Source: a virus (taxonomy: Duplodnaviria > Caudoviricetes). From it: a DNA stretch of 64,000 bases. Each line of letters opens with the position of its first letter. Position 1 is the stretch's first letter. The notes under the pieces were generated by a model. That model saw only the letters and a program-made list of their open reading frames with translations. It was not told the DNA's origin and did not search any database. The position numbers and the translations under genes are program-made. Positions 45,737 to 56,015 of the stretch are shown here, piece by piece. Where the stretch lies: the IMG/VR virus record IMGVR_UViG_3300031867_000024, positions 1 through 64,000 of that record; one strand, 5' to 3'.

Positions 45737-46270
45737 TTAGTTCTTGTTACACATCGACTTCAACATGCTTAGCATCTCGTCATTCTGCTTCTTCAGGTCC
45801 TCTATCTTCTTGTCAGTCTCGGACTGTTTCTCCTCAAGAGCCTTGATGGTGCGAGCCTGCTTCTTCTCGTCTGCATACCTCGGGTTAAGTGTCTCAAGCA
45901 TCTTCTCGCCCTCAGTGACAACTGACTTATGATAGCCCACCATGTCGAGAGCCTTCCTCGACGTCTGTATCATCGAATCCACAAACTGCAGCATTGCCTC
46001 CCTGCTTCCACTGAACACCTCGTCGCCCTTCTGGGCTATCTCGACGTTCGTCGGTATCTCGGAGAATACCCTGTCCTTTCCGTCTACTGTCGCAGTGATA
46101 GCTATCACGCTCTGCTGCTGCAATCCATTGAACACGTTTGGAGCCGTCTGAGCCAGATACTTCGCCTGTGGCGCAGTCTTCTCCTTGACGACACCGACTG
46201 ATAACGTCGGCTTGTCCGTCTTGGTGAGAATGTAGAATGGCGCTCCTGTGCCTAAAGAGTTGAAATCCAT
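45737..46270 (-). CDS. conserved protein with C-terminal coiled coil (six-gene module)
   Basis: FNSL..GAPFYIL.K...LETLNP.YA. Confidence 0.65.
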   Translation of the reverse strand: MDFNSLGTGAPFYILTKTDKPTLSVGVVKEKTAPQAKYLAQTAPNVFNGLQQQSVIAITATVDGKDRVFSEIPTNVEIAQKGDEVFSGSREAMLQFVDSMIQTSRKALDMVGYHKSVVTEGEKMLETLNPRYADEKKQARTIKALEEKQSETDKKIEDLKKQNDEMLSMLKSMCNKN

Positions 46271-46280
46271 ATATCCGTAT

Positions 46281-46622
46281 TTATGCTGTTAATGGTGAGA
46301 CCACCTGTAGTATGCCGTTATATCGGTCATTGAACACCGCTATGACTCCAGTCCCGACAAGGTCTGCCGCAGTCACCGACTGTCCACCGAACGCAGTCAG
46401 CTGTCTCGTCACGCCATTGAGCGTCAGTGTGACAGGAAGCGTTCCCGTGGTGCCAGTAGGTATTGCCGTTGAGATGCGTACGAAGAACAGACCAACTGGC
46501 GGAATGCGCCTGAATCCAAGCGCAAGGTCCACCGTCGTGTCACTTACCGTGACGTTCGACGTCGACATATATGGCGTGCCTTGCAGATTTGTATTTATAT
46601 TCACACAGCTCATTGGCATCAT
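46281..46622 (-). CDS. small beta-strand protein (six-gene module)
   Basis: AIPTGTTGTLPVTL...VTAADL.GTG. Confidence 0.65.
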   Translation of the reverse strand: MMPMSCVNINTNLQGTPYMSTSNVTVSDTTVDLALGFRRIPPVGLFFVRISTAIPTGTTGTLPVTLTLNGVTRQLTAFGGQSVTAADLVGTGVIAVFNDRYNGILQVVSPLTA

Positions 46623-46624
46623 AT

Positions 46625-47512
46625 TTAGAAGTTGAACGTCGGTGCCATGGCTCCATATACGCCACCTCCAGTATACGGTGTGGTGTTTACTGCTGTGATG
46701 TTAGGATACTGCACTGGCACTGTCGGCAGCTGCTTTGCCGCTATATCATTTATCTTGGCCTGCAGCGGAGCAATCTGTGCATTCACGAACGCCATAATCT
46801 GGTTGGTCTGGTTTGCGTTGTCCTGCTGTCCCCTAAGCTGCGTGATGATCTCAGCCTGCGTGTCGATCTTCTGCTGCATCTCACGTTCCTTCAGTGCACA
46901 GAACTGGTCGTTCATCGCAATCGTCTGGGCGTTGATGGCCTGCAGTATGTTGTTCGTGTTACGCTCGCTCTGTGTCGTCAACGTATTCGTCTGCTGGCAG
47001 ATCGCAAGTGCATCCGTGGCCCCCATTGCGCTTATGGCGCCCTTCACGTCACAGATGCTCTGCTGGAACTGCGAAGCCAATGCCGCATTGCCACTCTGGA
47101 TAGAGTTAACTATCTGCATGAAGCCGACTCCCTGAGCGTTCGCCAAGTTGTTGATTGCCGAGATGACGTTCTGCACGCTCGTGTTCACGGTGTTGAAGTC
47201 CTGACCAAGCATCGTGCTGAGAGTCTGCACGGCCTGCCTGCTCTGCTCTCCCTGCGACGTGATTGCCTGCATCACAAGCTGACGTCCAGCGTCGCTCGAA
47301 ATCTGATTTGAAAGGTACTCGGTGTTGCTTGCACCACGATTTCCTCCCCATCCGCCATTACCCCAGCCAAACATGCCAGCGATGATTGCGAAGCCAAAAA
47401 GGTCAACGAGCGAGCTGCCGTTTCCAAAAAGACCATTGTTGCCACCTACTGGAATGGAGAACGGTAGACTGTTGCTACCATTGCTTTCTGGCACCTGATA
47501 AATTTCAGCCAT
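46625..47512 (-). CDS. Gly-rich TM + long Q/N-rich coiled-coil protein (six-gene module)
   Basis: FAIIAGMFGWGNGGWGG then heptad-rich region. Confidence 0.7.
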   Translation of the reverse strand: MAEIYQVPESNGSNSLPFSIPVGGNNGLFGNGSSLVDLFGFAIIAGMFGWGNGGWGGNRGASNTEYLSNQISSDAGRQLVMQAITSQGEQSRQAVQTLSTMLGQDFNTVNTSVQNVISAINNLANAQGVGFMQIVNSIQSGNAALASQFQQSICDVKGAISAMGATDALAICQQTNTLTTQSERNTNNILQAINAQTIAMNDQFCALKEREMQQKIDTQAEIITQLRGQQDNANQTNQIMAFVNAQIAPLQAKINDIAAKQLPTVPVQYPNITAVNTTPYTGGGVYGAMAPTFNF

Positions 47513-47682
47513 ATATTTTTTATGTTTTAAGAATTATGATTACACAAAGTTCTATAACAGACAAGTCATTGACAACACCAATAATGATTTACTATCTTAT
47601 TGTAAACAAATCTATTAATTCCCCCACCCCACCATCCTCAGCAGCCACCACAGGCACTGCCTGTCCTAATGGTTAATCCTTG

Positions 47683-50499
47683 CTATACCTCGCTTATCGT
47701 TACAGTCAAGTCTGTTGCAGGAACGTAGACGAGGACCTTGGTGCTTGTCTCTCCTATTGCCGATTGCTCACAAGATACTGCATTGTCGTCCGCATCTGTT
47801 GCTGTGACCGTTATGCTTGCATTAGCTGCGTTTACATATATCGCTATCGTGTCCGTAGTGCATGCCGTCGTTGGATAGTCGACCGTATACTCCGTGCTGT
47901 TGCTTACAGATACATTCACCTTGCTGAATGTTATGTCATAGTCCGTCTCATAGTCAAGTATCTGTAAGAACTTCTTTGCTATAAACCGTCCATGCCGTGC
48001 GGCTCCTTGCTTTAGCTCGCTCTGCTTGTACGGATGATAGGCGTCGTAAAGCCAGTGTCGCTTACCACTTGCATCATCCCAGAGGAATGGCATATTTGCC
48101 TCCTCGAATACGTCAATGATTGGCAGGCTTAGTCGCTTTGCCATCCACTTCATATCCCTCACACAGGCCCTCTGATTAGCCTGATTTGTATAGTTGTTCC
48201 TTAGCGGAGTACACACTATCATTCTTACATTAGGCCACGTCTCAAAAGCTCTCTGCACTATATATCTCAATGCGCCAGCAAGTTTACTGCAATCTACATT
48301 GTTTATGTCTATGACGTTGTTGCTACTTGTCATGAACGTCTGCTCCATGTACGTGTCATAGTCTGTACCATTGAGTTCTGCATCAGTCACCCACGCATAA
48401 GGACTTGACGTGCTTTCATCATTAGTGCATCCTACGACAAAGATGTAGTCAGGCGTAAACTGCTCAGCATGAGAAATCATCGACTCAATCTGCTTGATGT
48501 AAGTATTGGCAGTTGTCGTTATGACTCCGTTGGATATAGGAGTCGTGTCTCTTACTGTTGCACCGCCAGCTGCATTATTTCTTACTTCCTTTGGTTTGAT
48601 GAGGGTATTAAAGAACGCCACCCAAGCTCCACAGTTTCCACTTTGAGAGTATGCTTTTATACTCTTGCCAAACGCTGTACTTGAAGTCGAGTCACCAAGT
48701 ATTCCTATGTTTAGGTTGTTTACCTGCTTATGTCTCTCGTTTGCTTCTCTGTTGTTTATTACGCATGTAGCAAGCGTAAAATCCTCTGCATAGCAAAGCA
48801 ATGCCTCGCTGACAGTCTCTACTCCTTCGCTAGTGAATTTCACAGGGAAGTATGCGTATGCTGCATTTGCAGGAGAAGTTATTCTAAGTACGTTGTTGTA
48901 ATGGTTATTCGCAACCCCAACACTATAGTCGCCAGCAACATAAGTTTCTCCTATCAGGACAAAAGACGAGTCAAGGAACATTATGCGTCGAGTACTTTCG
49001 TATGCGCTTTTGTTTCCTACTGTGGCAAGTATATAATCCTTTCCTCCTTCCACTGGTGCGCATGGAATTGCGAGAGCCTTATTTTGTGTGTTAAGAGTTG
49101 TGGTCCCATCAGAGCCGACCGTTATGGTGCATTTCTCGTTTATGTAGTCATTCAGCGTCTGAGGAACGACTTCACTATTGATAGTGATATAGTGGTTGTC
49201 AGCCTTCCATTCATCGTTTCTTGTTGCTACTGTTATCTTTGCAGTAAAAGGCGGCAGTGTTCGGTAGTAGTTTTGCGTAGTAGAGAAAGAGTACATTATC
49301 CTATCTGCCTTGTCGAAACACTGCGTCGTGCCTGCGTAATACGACCCAGGGACGTAAGCGTTCCTTATGACATTCTCAACAGGTATCGTGTACGTCCATA
49401 TTTTTCCAGATTTCCCATTTACCGTTTCGCTTGTGTATGTTGTAGAGACGATTGTGTAGTCCTTAGTGTCGTTTCCTTCGTCTGGACGCCAGTTGGATAT
49501 GTAGCTTTTCCCTGCCTCGCCCATGCCTATGTAGTGATAGGTCTGATACTTGTTAGGGTAATTGGTATTTACATACGCCAGCGTGTCTCTATTTACTTCA
49601 AGCAACGACTCAAAGGCATCCTTGAAGTTTGCATACGTCCCATTGATGATTTGAGCAACGTTTGCAAGGTACTTCTCGTTTCTTGCTATCCTATCTATAA
49701 GACCATAGACAACCATTTCTTTAACTGCTGCACTCGTAGTGCCAACGGCAAGTGCGCTCGCCGTCACTGGCACGTCTACAACAACATTAGTAAGTGGTCC
49801 ATCGGTATCCTCTGATGCGGAGATTAGTGCGTCAGAAGACATTGTAGCATACTCCGATGCACCTATTGCATTGTAGAAGGCATAGTGAATGAGGTTACTT
49901 TCGTCAGTCGTAGTTATCCTAACTTTTTCACCACGATAAAGCCTTACGTCAAAGATTTTAACATAATATCCGTATACCGGTTCATCTTCTCCGTCAGAGC
50001 CTATCTTTGTGTTCTGATTGGTCTGTATTGCAGTAAACAAGTCTTCCTTGTATCGCAAGTCAGCGATGTTCTCGCTAACGATGTTTATGACGCCCGTGTG
50101 TCCTGCTACTACTGTTGATAGTGCAGATACCTCACCGCTAAGAGTATTCACACCGCTCCTTGCTGTGCTGTCTATCGTCTCGGCATTCTCCAGTGCCGCT
50201 ACATTCTCATTGATTTCAGCCACGCTTTGCTGCACTGTGCTAAGTGCGGCTGCCGTCGCAGCGTTCTCAGCAGGGATGACATTCACAAGTCCAGAGCCGT
50301 TCTTCTCAATCGTCACCACGCCCGTCTGACTGTCCGTTGCGACGGTTATGGAGTCTGGTGCAGGCTGAGCCTCCAATGTCGCAACCCTCCCAGCGAGCGA
50401 GGAGACGTTCTCTCTCGCCGCCTTGTCTACAATCTCGAACGACTCCACCGTGGAACCGCCCGAGACCTTCGCCTGTATATATGTCGCTTTCTTCGCCAT
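47683..50499 (-). CDS. tail-spike/fibre-like protein with SGNH (GDSL) esterase domain
   Basis: ILGDS, NAAGGAT, GCTND, DAYHP blocks; N-terminal IVDKAAR coiled coil. Confidence 0.75.
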   Translation of the reverse strand: MAKKATYIQAKVSGGSTVESFEIVDKAARENVSSLAGRVATLEAQPAPDSITVATDSQTGVVTIEKNGSGLVNVIPAENAATAAALSTVQQSVAEINENVAALENAETIDSTARSGVNTLSGEVSALSTVVAGHTGVINIVSENIADLRYKEDLFTAIQTNQNTKIGSDGEDEPVYGYYVKIFDVRLYRGEKVRITTTDESNLIHYAFYNAIGASEYATMSSDALISASEDTDGPLTNVVVDVPVTASALAVGTTSAAVKEMVVYGLIDRIARNEKYLANVAQIINGTYANFKDAFESLLEVNRDTLAYVNTNYPNKYQTYHYIGMGEAGKSYISNWRPDEGNDTKDYTIVSTTYTSETVNGKSGKIWTYTIPVENVIRNAYVPGSYYAGTTQCFDKADRIMYSFSTTQNYYRTLPPFTAKITVATRNDEWKADNHYITINSEVVPQTLNDYINEKCTITVGSDGTTTLNTQNKALAIPCAPVEGGKDYILATVGNKSAYESTRRIMFLDSSFVLIGETYVAGDYSVGVANNHYNNVLRITSPANAAYAYFPVKFTSEGVETVSEALLCYAEDFTLATCVINNREANERHKQVNNLNIGILGDSTSSTAFGKSIKAYSQSGNCGAWVAFFNTLIKPKEVRNNAAGGATVRDTTPISNGVITTTANTYIKQIESMISHAEQFTPDYIFVVGCTNDESTSSPYAWVTDAELNGTDYDTYMEQTFMTSSNNVIDINNVDCSKLAGALRYIVQRAFETWPNVRMIVCTPLRNNYTNQANQRACVRDMKWMAKRLSLPIIDVFEEANMPFLWDDASGKRHWLYDAYHPYKQSELKQGAARHGRFIAKKFLQILDYETDYDITFSKVNVSVSNSTEYTVDYPTTACTTDTIAIYVNAANASITVTATDADDNAVSCEQSAIGETSTKVLVYVPATDLTVTISEV

Positions 50500-50501
50500 G
50501 A

Positions 50502-51062
50502 CTAACTGAATGTTATTTCGTACTCGTCCGTCTCACCAGTCACAAGGGTTGCCGTTGCGTTAAGTTCCTGCTTGACGCCTACCAGCTCCCATCTTGTCGT
50601 CGTAGTCGTTACGCCTCCGCTCTCGGTAGTAGTCTTTATGCAGCACCACTCTTCCGTCTGGTTCTCGCTCGCGTTGAAGTACAGGTATATGTCGCCTGTA
50701 TCTGAAGTAGCAGACAGGTCGTCAAGGCAGTCCGCAAGAGTCTTGTCTACCGTCTCGTGCGTTTCAGGATCCTCCTTTGTCCCACTGACAGTGACTGTGC
50801 CAATTATCTTCAGAAGCCCTGAAGGCAGCGGGCCAGAGCCAGTGCCGTTCTTTATGGCAGTAGCAAGAGCCTCGTTAATCGTATGCTGGTCATACTGACC
50901 TCCACCATCAAGTATCTCCTCAAGATCCGAACCTTCTGTGACTACATCCCAAGCACTATCCTGATATACAAGAGGAAAGTCGCCTCTGTTAGCGGATTTC
51001 ATAGTATAAGCGAAGCCTACCTCTGTCTTTCGTGTTGTATTATTGATTTTCGCTGTAGCCAT
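50502..51062 (-). CDS. fibre-associated structural protein
   Basis: GDIY...EEW...WELVG motif. Confidence 0.55.
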   Translation of the reverse strand: MATAKINNTTRKTEVGFAYTMKSANRGDFPLVYQDSAWDVVTEGSDLEEILDGGGQYDQHTINEALATAIKNGTGSGPLPSGLLKIIGTVTVSGTKEDPETHETVDKTLADCLDDLSATSDTGDIYLYFNASENQTEEWCCIKTTTESGGVTTTTTRWELVGVKQELNATATLVTGETDEYEITFS

Positions 51063-51065
51063 ATC

Positions 51066-51914
51066 TTAGATGTTTATAGTTATGTTCAACTTTCCGAAAC
51101 CACTGCCAGCCTCTGCCGAGTTCGTTGAGAAGTATGCTTTGTAGCCAGTTAGCTGCACAGCCTTGTCTGGATAATAGAACGACTGCCCTGACACGGCAGC
51201 ATCGAGAATTTCAGTACCGTTCTGAGTGACTGACGCAGTGCTTCGAGTAAGTATGCACAGATATGCCGCTGACTGAAGAGTGTTCGTGAAGCTGCCAGAG
51301 CCACCAGTCTGAGACACCTTTGTCGTGCTTCGTGTAAAGCCAGTGATTGTGGCAGGTACAGTCTTGCTTGTCACCCATCCATAATATACTGGAGCGATAA
51401 CCTTTGCGCTTACAGCATCGCTGTTCTTTGTCAAACTGCCTGGGTAATCTTCTGGAGCAATCATGAAACTTTCAGATGCTATAGTAGTAGTTCCTGGGCC
51501 TGTCTGTTCCTTTTCGATCGTATATTCACCAATGTTATCAGTCCGTCCCCATCCTGTAGGTAGTGATGCTGCCTGTATTGCCGTACCCTTGTATGTAAGC
51601 TGCACCTTTGCGGAGAATACATTTGATGCAGCCTCGTCTGCGTATACTGAGCTGTTGTTCACGGGAGTAGTTACCAGAGAGTAGTTTGCCATTGCAGTAG
51701 CAAGGGCCTCCTCTGCGTGCTTCTCGTTATACAACTCCTCTGCGTACTTGTATACAACATCATCTGTCGTCACATTAGATGCGTTCTCAAGGTCGCTTAT
51801 CCTTGCGCCGAGGCTCGTCTGCAATGCAGTTATCGAATCCCTCGCCTCCTTGTCCTTCACGACGTAGGTCTCTCCACCTATCGTCAGCTTGCTTGCGTAT
51901 TTCGTTCCACTCAT
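51066..51914 (-). CDS. fibre-associated structural protein
   Basis: YVVKDKEAR motif shared with 47683-50499; PVYYG; start moved to MSGTK; -7 promoter at 52088-52095. Confidence 0.6.
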   Translation of the reverse strand: MSGTKYASKLTIGGETYVVKDKEARDSITALQTSLGARISDLENASNVTTDDVVYKYAEELYNEKHAEEALATAMANYSLVTTPVNNSSVYADEAASNVFSAKVQLTYKGTAIQAASLPTGWGRTDNIGEYTIEKEQTGPGTTTIASESFMIAPEDYPGSLTKNSDAVSAKVIAPVYYGWVTSKTVPATITGFTRSTTKVSQTGGSGSFTNTLQSAAYLCILTRSTASVTQNGTEILDAAVSGQSFYYPDKAVQLTGYKAYFSTNSAEAGSGFGKLNITINI

Positions 51915-52314
51915 ATATAGTTGTCTTTGTGATTTCCTGTTGTGTTGGAAAAAAGTAGTCGTCGCCCCAACAGTAGCAAGTGACCCACGATTCACGAGTG
52001 TAACCAATTTACGATTCAGCACCCCGACTTCGATCCACGATGCCTCTATGTAAGGTCGTTCGTGGCTTGCATATATTTATATGTACGCAAAGATACACAA
52101 CATACCTTGTAATCATAGTGTCGTTTATGTTGTTGTAACTGCATTGCCCTCAAAAAGTATGTAAAACGTTTCATAGATATATATTTGTATATAACTATAT
52201 GTAAGATTTTTATTACAAAAACTATATAACTTCTGATAATAAAACTATTATCGTCTGTCATAGATTTTTCGCTACGAATATCTTTGCGATAGTTTTGTTA
52301 AAAAAGCAGAAGAA

Positions 52315-53418
52315 ATGGAAGAAGAGGAATTTAGCATGGATGACGTCTTCGGTGGAGACGAGGACATCATAGACGAGGGCTCTCCGCAGGGCGAGGAGTC
52401 CAATGACGGGAATATAGACGACATTGCTGATGACAAGTCGATCGAGGCCTTCATGGAGGAGAACGCAAGTCAGGGGATCGTAGGCGATGGAAATGATGAT
52501 ACTGGTGATAGTCAAGGTACGCCGTCCGACGACGACGAGTCTTCTCCAGAGTTCTATTCTTCCATTGCCAACTCGTTGGTGGAGGAGGGCGTACTTGACG
52601 AAGCCAATTCCGCAGAGATAGGCAATGCGCAGGATCTCGTGGAGGCAATGAAGAGACAGGTGTACTCGATGCTCGACTCAAAGCAGAGACGTATATCGGA
52701 TGCTCTCGACGCAGGAATGTCTTCAGACTCCATAAAAGAGATGGAGGACAGGATAGACGGAATGTCAGACTACACGGACAGCCTTCTCAACTCCGAGACT
52801 GACGATGCACTTGAGGCAAGGAAGGAGCTGATATATCAGGCTGCTCTCATGAGGGGTCTTGACGAGGAGAAGGCGCAGAGGGAGGTTGACAAGTCGATAA
52901 GGGCTGCGACTGACATTGACGACGCATTCGAGGCGAGGGACTTCATCAATAATGTGTACCACAACGAGTACAAGAAGCTCTATAACGAGGCCCAGCAGGC
53001 GCAGAAGGCTGACTACGAGAGGGACAATGCTATCAGGCAGAAGACTACTGACTGGATAGTGAATGACTCGACGTTCGGAAGTCTACCTGAGTCCACAAGG
53101 AGGAAGGTGTATGAGAACCTGTATGGAGAGACTGTGAAGATGGATGACGGCTCTCTCGTGTCACCTGTGGTGGCGTTCTCCGAGAAGTACCCAGATGTCT
53201 ACAACTATATGATTGGGACAATATTCACATTGACTGACGGGTTCAGGGACTTCTCTCACATAGGAGGGCAGTTCGCCAAAAAAAAAATTAACCAGAGTGT
53301 GAAGGACATCGAGAAGGCATTGAGGAGTACTGGTTCTGGTGGAGGAGGAACATACGAGTATGCTAACGACAGCTCTGACAGGTCTGAGGGAAAACAGAAA
53401 TATGAAATAATATACTAA
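52315..53418 (+). CDS. acidic capsid scaffold-like protein
   Basis: Very acidic N-terminus, immediately upstream of MCP; TATCTTTG at 52279-52286. Confidence 0.65.
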   Translation: MEEEEFSMDDVFGGDEDIIDEGSPQGEESNDGNIDDIADDKSIEAFMEENASQGIVGDGNDDTGDSQGTPSDDDESSPEFYSSIANSLVEEGVLDEANSAEIGNAQDLVEAMKRQVYSMLDSKQRRISDALDAGMSSDSIKEMEDRIDGMSDYTDSLLNSETDDALEARKELIYQAALMRGLDEEKAQREVDKSIRAATDIDDAFEARDFINNVYHNEYKKLYNEAQQAQKADYERDNAIRQKTTDWIVNDSTFGSLPESTRRKVYENLYGETVKMDDGSLVSPVVAFSEKYPDVYNYMIGTIFTLTDGFRDFSHIGGQFAKKKINQSVKDIEKALRSTGSGGGGTYEYANDSSDRSEGKQKYEIIY

Positions 53419-53433
53419 CTAAAAAAGTAGAAT

Positions 53434-54984
53434 ATGGCAGGACAGTTAAACAAATACAAGGTCAGTCAGAAGTTCGTGCACTGGAAGGGCATGACCAAGG
53501 ACAACCATCTTGCTCACATCAGCGAGTTGTTCGAGGCAGACGCTCAGAAGGGTTCAAACCACATGGTCAGGCTTTTCGCTTCACGAACTGGATGTCCTTC
53601 GTATGAGGCTATCTTAAATGACTATGGTATCAGGGAGTTCGAGGACGACAAGGATATTCGCTGGAAGGTTCTTGGTGCCACGGAGCGTAACATTCCTCTC
53701 GTGGAGGCACGAGATGAGAATGGTGTCGTGATCACCGACTCCACTGGTGCAAATATTGGTCAGAACAACTCTCCGTTCGAGCTCGTCTTCGCTGAGGACT
53801 GGTTTGAGCGTGGCGAGTGGATCGTCGGCAACCTGAATGAGCAGTACCCGATGCGAATCCTTGAGCAGGGTCGTCAGGAGGGCGTGAACACGGTGTACCG
53901 TGTCGAGCTTCTTGGCAATATCGCAGGTGGTATTCCACGTGAGCGACTGCTCCGAGGCGAGAAGTTCAGCGTAGAGTCGACGTATGTCGAGAGGGAGCTC
54001 TCCCGTGAGGTGGGCACTGTACGCTTTGCTGCGCCTGTCTCGATGCGTAACGACTGGACGACCATCCGTCTCAAGGCTGAGGTCTCTGGTAAGCAGGTTC
54101 TCGACAAGATTGCGGTATCAATACCAGTCGTGCGTCGTGACCTCAAGACTGGCAAGCTGAGCGAGAGCCACATAAACCACTGGATGCAGTACGTGGACTA
54201 CGAGTTCGAGCAGCAGTTCGCAGGAAACAAGAACAGGGCTCTCGTCTATGGACGCAGCAACCGTAACGACAATGGCGAGTACCTGAACGTCGGCGACTCT
54301 GGCGAGGTGATTCGTATCGGTGCAGGCCTTCGTGAGCAGATGGAGTTCGGCTACACGAGGTTCTACAACGAGTTCTCCATCGACCTTCTTGAGGATGCCC
54401 TTGAGCAGATCTTCTCGAACAACAACACTCCGTTCAATGAGACTACGGTTCATATCCACACTGGCAGGCGTGGTGCTATCGAGTTCAACAAGGCTGTTCA
54501 GGAGCGTCTTGAGTCGAGCGGCTGGCAGAGGTTCCAGTTCAATGGCGACTCTCTCGGCATCATCTCGAAGGCTTCGAGCCCGATTCATAAGAACGCACTC
54601 AAGGCTGGCTATCAGTTCACGGAGTATATCGCATCGAACAACCTTCATCTTATCCTTGTCGTCGATAGCATCTATGACGATCCGTACCGCAACAAGATCA
54701 TGCACCCGAAGGGCGGCGTGGCAGAGTCGTACAGGTTCGACATCATGGATATGGGTCCGTCCGAGGAGGCGAACATCGTCAAGTGTCGTATCGCTGGCGA
54801 GTTCGGCAATCCTGCACGTGGCTATCAGAGCGGCATGAGGAATCCGTTCACGAAGTCGAACAGCAACAACTACATGAGCTGGGACATCGACTCTGCGAAG
54901 ATTCACAAGATGGAGACGTTCGGCGTGGTAGTATACGACCCGACGAGGTGCTTCTCCCTTATCCCGAGCATCTTGCAGGGGTAG
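53434..54984 (+). CDS. major capsid protein (crAss-type)
   Basis: WKGMTKDNHL, NIPLVEAR, GAGLREQ, DDPYRNKIMHPKGGVAESYRFDI; optimised codon usage. Confidence 0.88.
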   Translation: MAGQLNKYKVSQKFVHWKGMTKDNHLAHISELFEADAQKGSNHMVRLFASRTGCPSYEAILNDYGIREFEDDKDIRWKVLGATERNIPLVEARDENGVVITDSTGANIGQNNSPFELVFAEDWFERGEWIVGNLNEQYPMRILEQGRQEGVNTVYRVELLGNIAGGIPRERLLRGEKFSVESTYVERELSREVGTVRFAAPVSMRNDWTTIRLKAEVSGKQVLDKIAVSIPVVRRDLKTGKLSESHINHWMQYVDYEFEQQFAGNKNRALVYGRSNRNDNGEYLNVGDSGEVIRIGAGLREQMEFGYTRFYNEFSIDLLEDALEQIFSNNNTPFNETTVHIHTGRRGAIEFNKAVQERLESSGWQRFQFNGDSLGIISKASSPIHKNALKAGYQFTEYIASNNLHLILVVDSIYDDPYRNKIMHPKGGVAESYRFDIMDMGPSEEANIVKCRIAGEFGNPARGYQSGMRNPFTKSNSNNYMSWDIDSAKIHKMETFGVVVYDPTRCFSLIPSILQG

Positions 54985-55030
54985 TCTAAATATTCATTCG
55001 TCATGGCGGTGGAGCGATCCACTGCCATGA

Positions 55031-56014
55031 ATGGATGATAAAATCAAGGAACAACAACAAAAGGAGAAAATAATGGCAAGGAAGAAAGAAGATGATGTTG
55101 CTGAATTTGACAGCACGGTAGTACAGGAGGAGGATATAACGAGCCTCAACCCATTAAGGAACGAGACTGTGATAGTGAGATACATACAGAAGAAGTCGAA
55201 GATGTTCGATGACCCCAAGCACATACTGTTTGGAGGACTGTCAGAGAGTGTCACGAGGACTTTCTCTGTACCGCTCTTGCGTAACGGTCAGTTCGCCAAT
55301 ATACTCACGAACGCTGAGAAGAAGTTCTTCGAGAGGACTATGGGGTTGCAGGAGGGTGCTCTGAGCGTACACAAGAAGGAGAACAACTATTGGAGCAGCA
55401 AGAATCCAGAGGCCACCGTCAATCTGAACAAGTATGACACGTATCTGGACTTGAGCAGCCCGATAGACTACATAAAGTACAAGATACTTCTCGCAAACAA
55501 GGATGTCATCTGTCCAGACTCAAAGACGTTGCAGGACTACCCGAAGGAGTCTTATCAGTACGTTCTCATCAAGTCGAACGACGAGCTCGACGACAAGAAG
55601 AACAGGATGACCAACATCATGGAGTGCTACAAGGAGTATGGCAAGATCGAGAGCGACGCATACAAGCTGCGCACTATCATCGAGCTTATCATACGCAAGC
55701 CTCTCGCTGACAACACGAAGCTCAGCTGGATGCAGGTCAAGTGCAATGACCTCATGCAGGAGCAGACTAAACAGTTCCTTGCGACAATCAAGGATCCGCT
55801 GCTCGACACGAAGATACTCATCAGGAGGAGCGTCGAGAGCGGCATGCTAAGCAACAGGGCAGGGCAGTACTACATGCGAAGGGACGGCAGTCCGCTATGC
55901 GGCAATGGCGAGGAGCCTACGCTCGGAGTGGCTGCAAGGTGGCTGAACGAGCCTAACCATCAGGATATAAAGCTGTCTCTCATGGAGAAGCTGGACGACA
56001 AAAAGTTGGATTAA
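55031..56014 (+). CDS. conserved crAss-like protein downstream of MCP
   Basis: LDLSSPIDYIKYKILLAN motif, synteny. Confidence 0.7.
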   Translation: MDDKIKEQQQKEKIMARKKEDDVAEFDSTVVQEEDITSLNPLRNETVIVRYIQKKSKMFDDPKHILFGGLSESVTRTFSVPLLRNGQFANILTNAEKKFFERTMGLQEGALSVHKKENNYWSSKNPEATVNLNKYDTYLDLSSPIDYIKYKILLANKDVICPDSKTLQDYPKESYQYVLIKSNDELDDKKNRMTNIMECYKEYGKIESDAYKLRTIIELIIRKPLADNTKLSWMQVKCNDLMQEQTKQFLATIKDPLLDTKILIRRSVESGMLSNRAGQYYMRRDGSPLCGNGEEPTLGVAARWLNEPNHQDIKLSLMEKLDDKKLD

Positions 56015-56015
56015 C

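Noticed and set aside
39973-52260. Invertible segment explaining the minus-strand block
   Set aside because: No flanking inverted repeats seen; the block has its own promoters and a bidirectional terminator.
30533-54984. Introns or inteins in TerL, portal or MCP
   Set aside because: All three are uninterrupted, of expected size, and show no intein motifs.
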